This document shows, piece after piece, positions 63,832 through 64,000 of a stretch of 64,000 nt of DNA. The DNA comes from Camelus dromedarius. Its lineage: Eukaryota. Both the position numbers and the translations under genes were made by a program. How positions within the stretch are numbered: the first letter of the stretch is position 1; each line of letters begins with the position of its first letter. The DNA is taken from assembly GCF_036321535.1 (NCBI RefSeq), contig NC_087436.1, forward strand, positions 116,128,001-116,192,000, written 5' to 3'. Under the pieces are notes generated by a model, which saw nothing but the letters and a program-made list of their open reading frames with translations, was not told the DNA's origin and searched no databases.

Positions 63832-64000
63832 ATAATATATATATATTATATATATTTTAAATGGACATCAAAATAAATACTATTAAATTATTATTTATTA
63901 TAGTAAATTATTTTTTAAAAATTAAAAATCATTATTCATTTTTATTTTATAATATATATTTTGACTTAAATATAAACACATAGAAATATTTAACAATCGT
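63832..64000. repeat. AT-rich low-complexity tract
   Basis: Almost pure A/T sequence with TA runs. Confidence 0.75.

Noticed and set aside
35930..64000. Possible second gene downstream of HS3ST1
   Set aside because: No CpG island, no ORF with a recognisable domain, and no exon chain. The short ORFs overlap repeats. A lncRNA cannot be excluded from sequence alone.

Overview
Mammalian genomic DNA, most likely a camelid, judged from one tRNA-Ala(AGC)-derived SINE resembling the camelid Vic-1 family plus artiodactyl-type L1 3' ends. The window holds one protein-coding gene, HS3ST1 (heparan sulfate glucosamine 3-O-sulfotransferase 1), on the + strand. It has a CpG-island promoter, a non-coding exon 1 (about 5.0-6.0 kb, donor CAG|GTGAGT at 5971/5972), one intron of about 27.8 kb, and an exon 2 from 33799 carrying the whole 311-aa CDS (33909-34844) and the 3' UTR. 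The rest is intron and gene-poor flank filled with L1, L2, MIR, hAT MITE, MaLR and ERVL-type LTR remnants. Repeat family names are recognised from memory of consensus sequences, and their ends are approximate. I see no new multi-gene system. The most interesting signal is the 5'-leader architecture: a 20-codon uORF whose stop codon is created exactly by the exon1-exon2 splice junction, two further short uORFs, an in-frame GTG in a perfect Kozak context, and a candidate cassette 5'-UTR exon that would rewire the uORF. Other highlights are a twin-primed (5'-inverted) L1 and several nested TE insertions with readable target-site duplications (TSDs).
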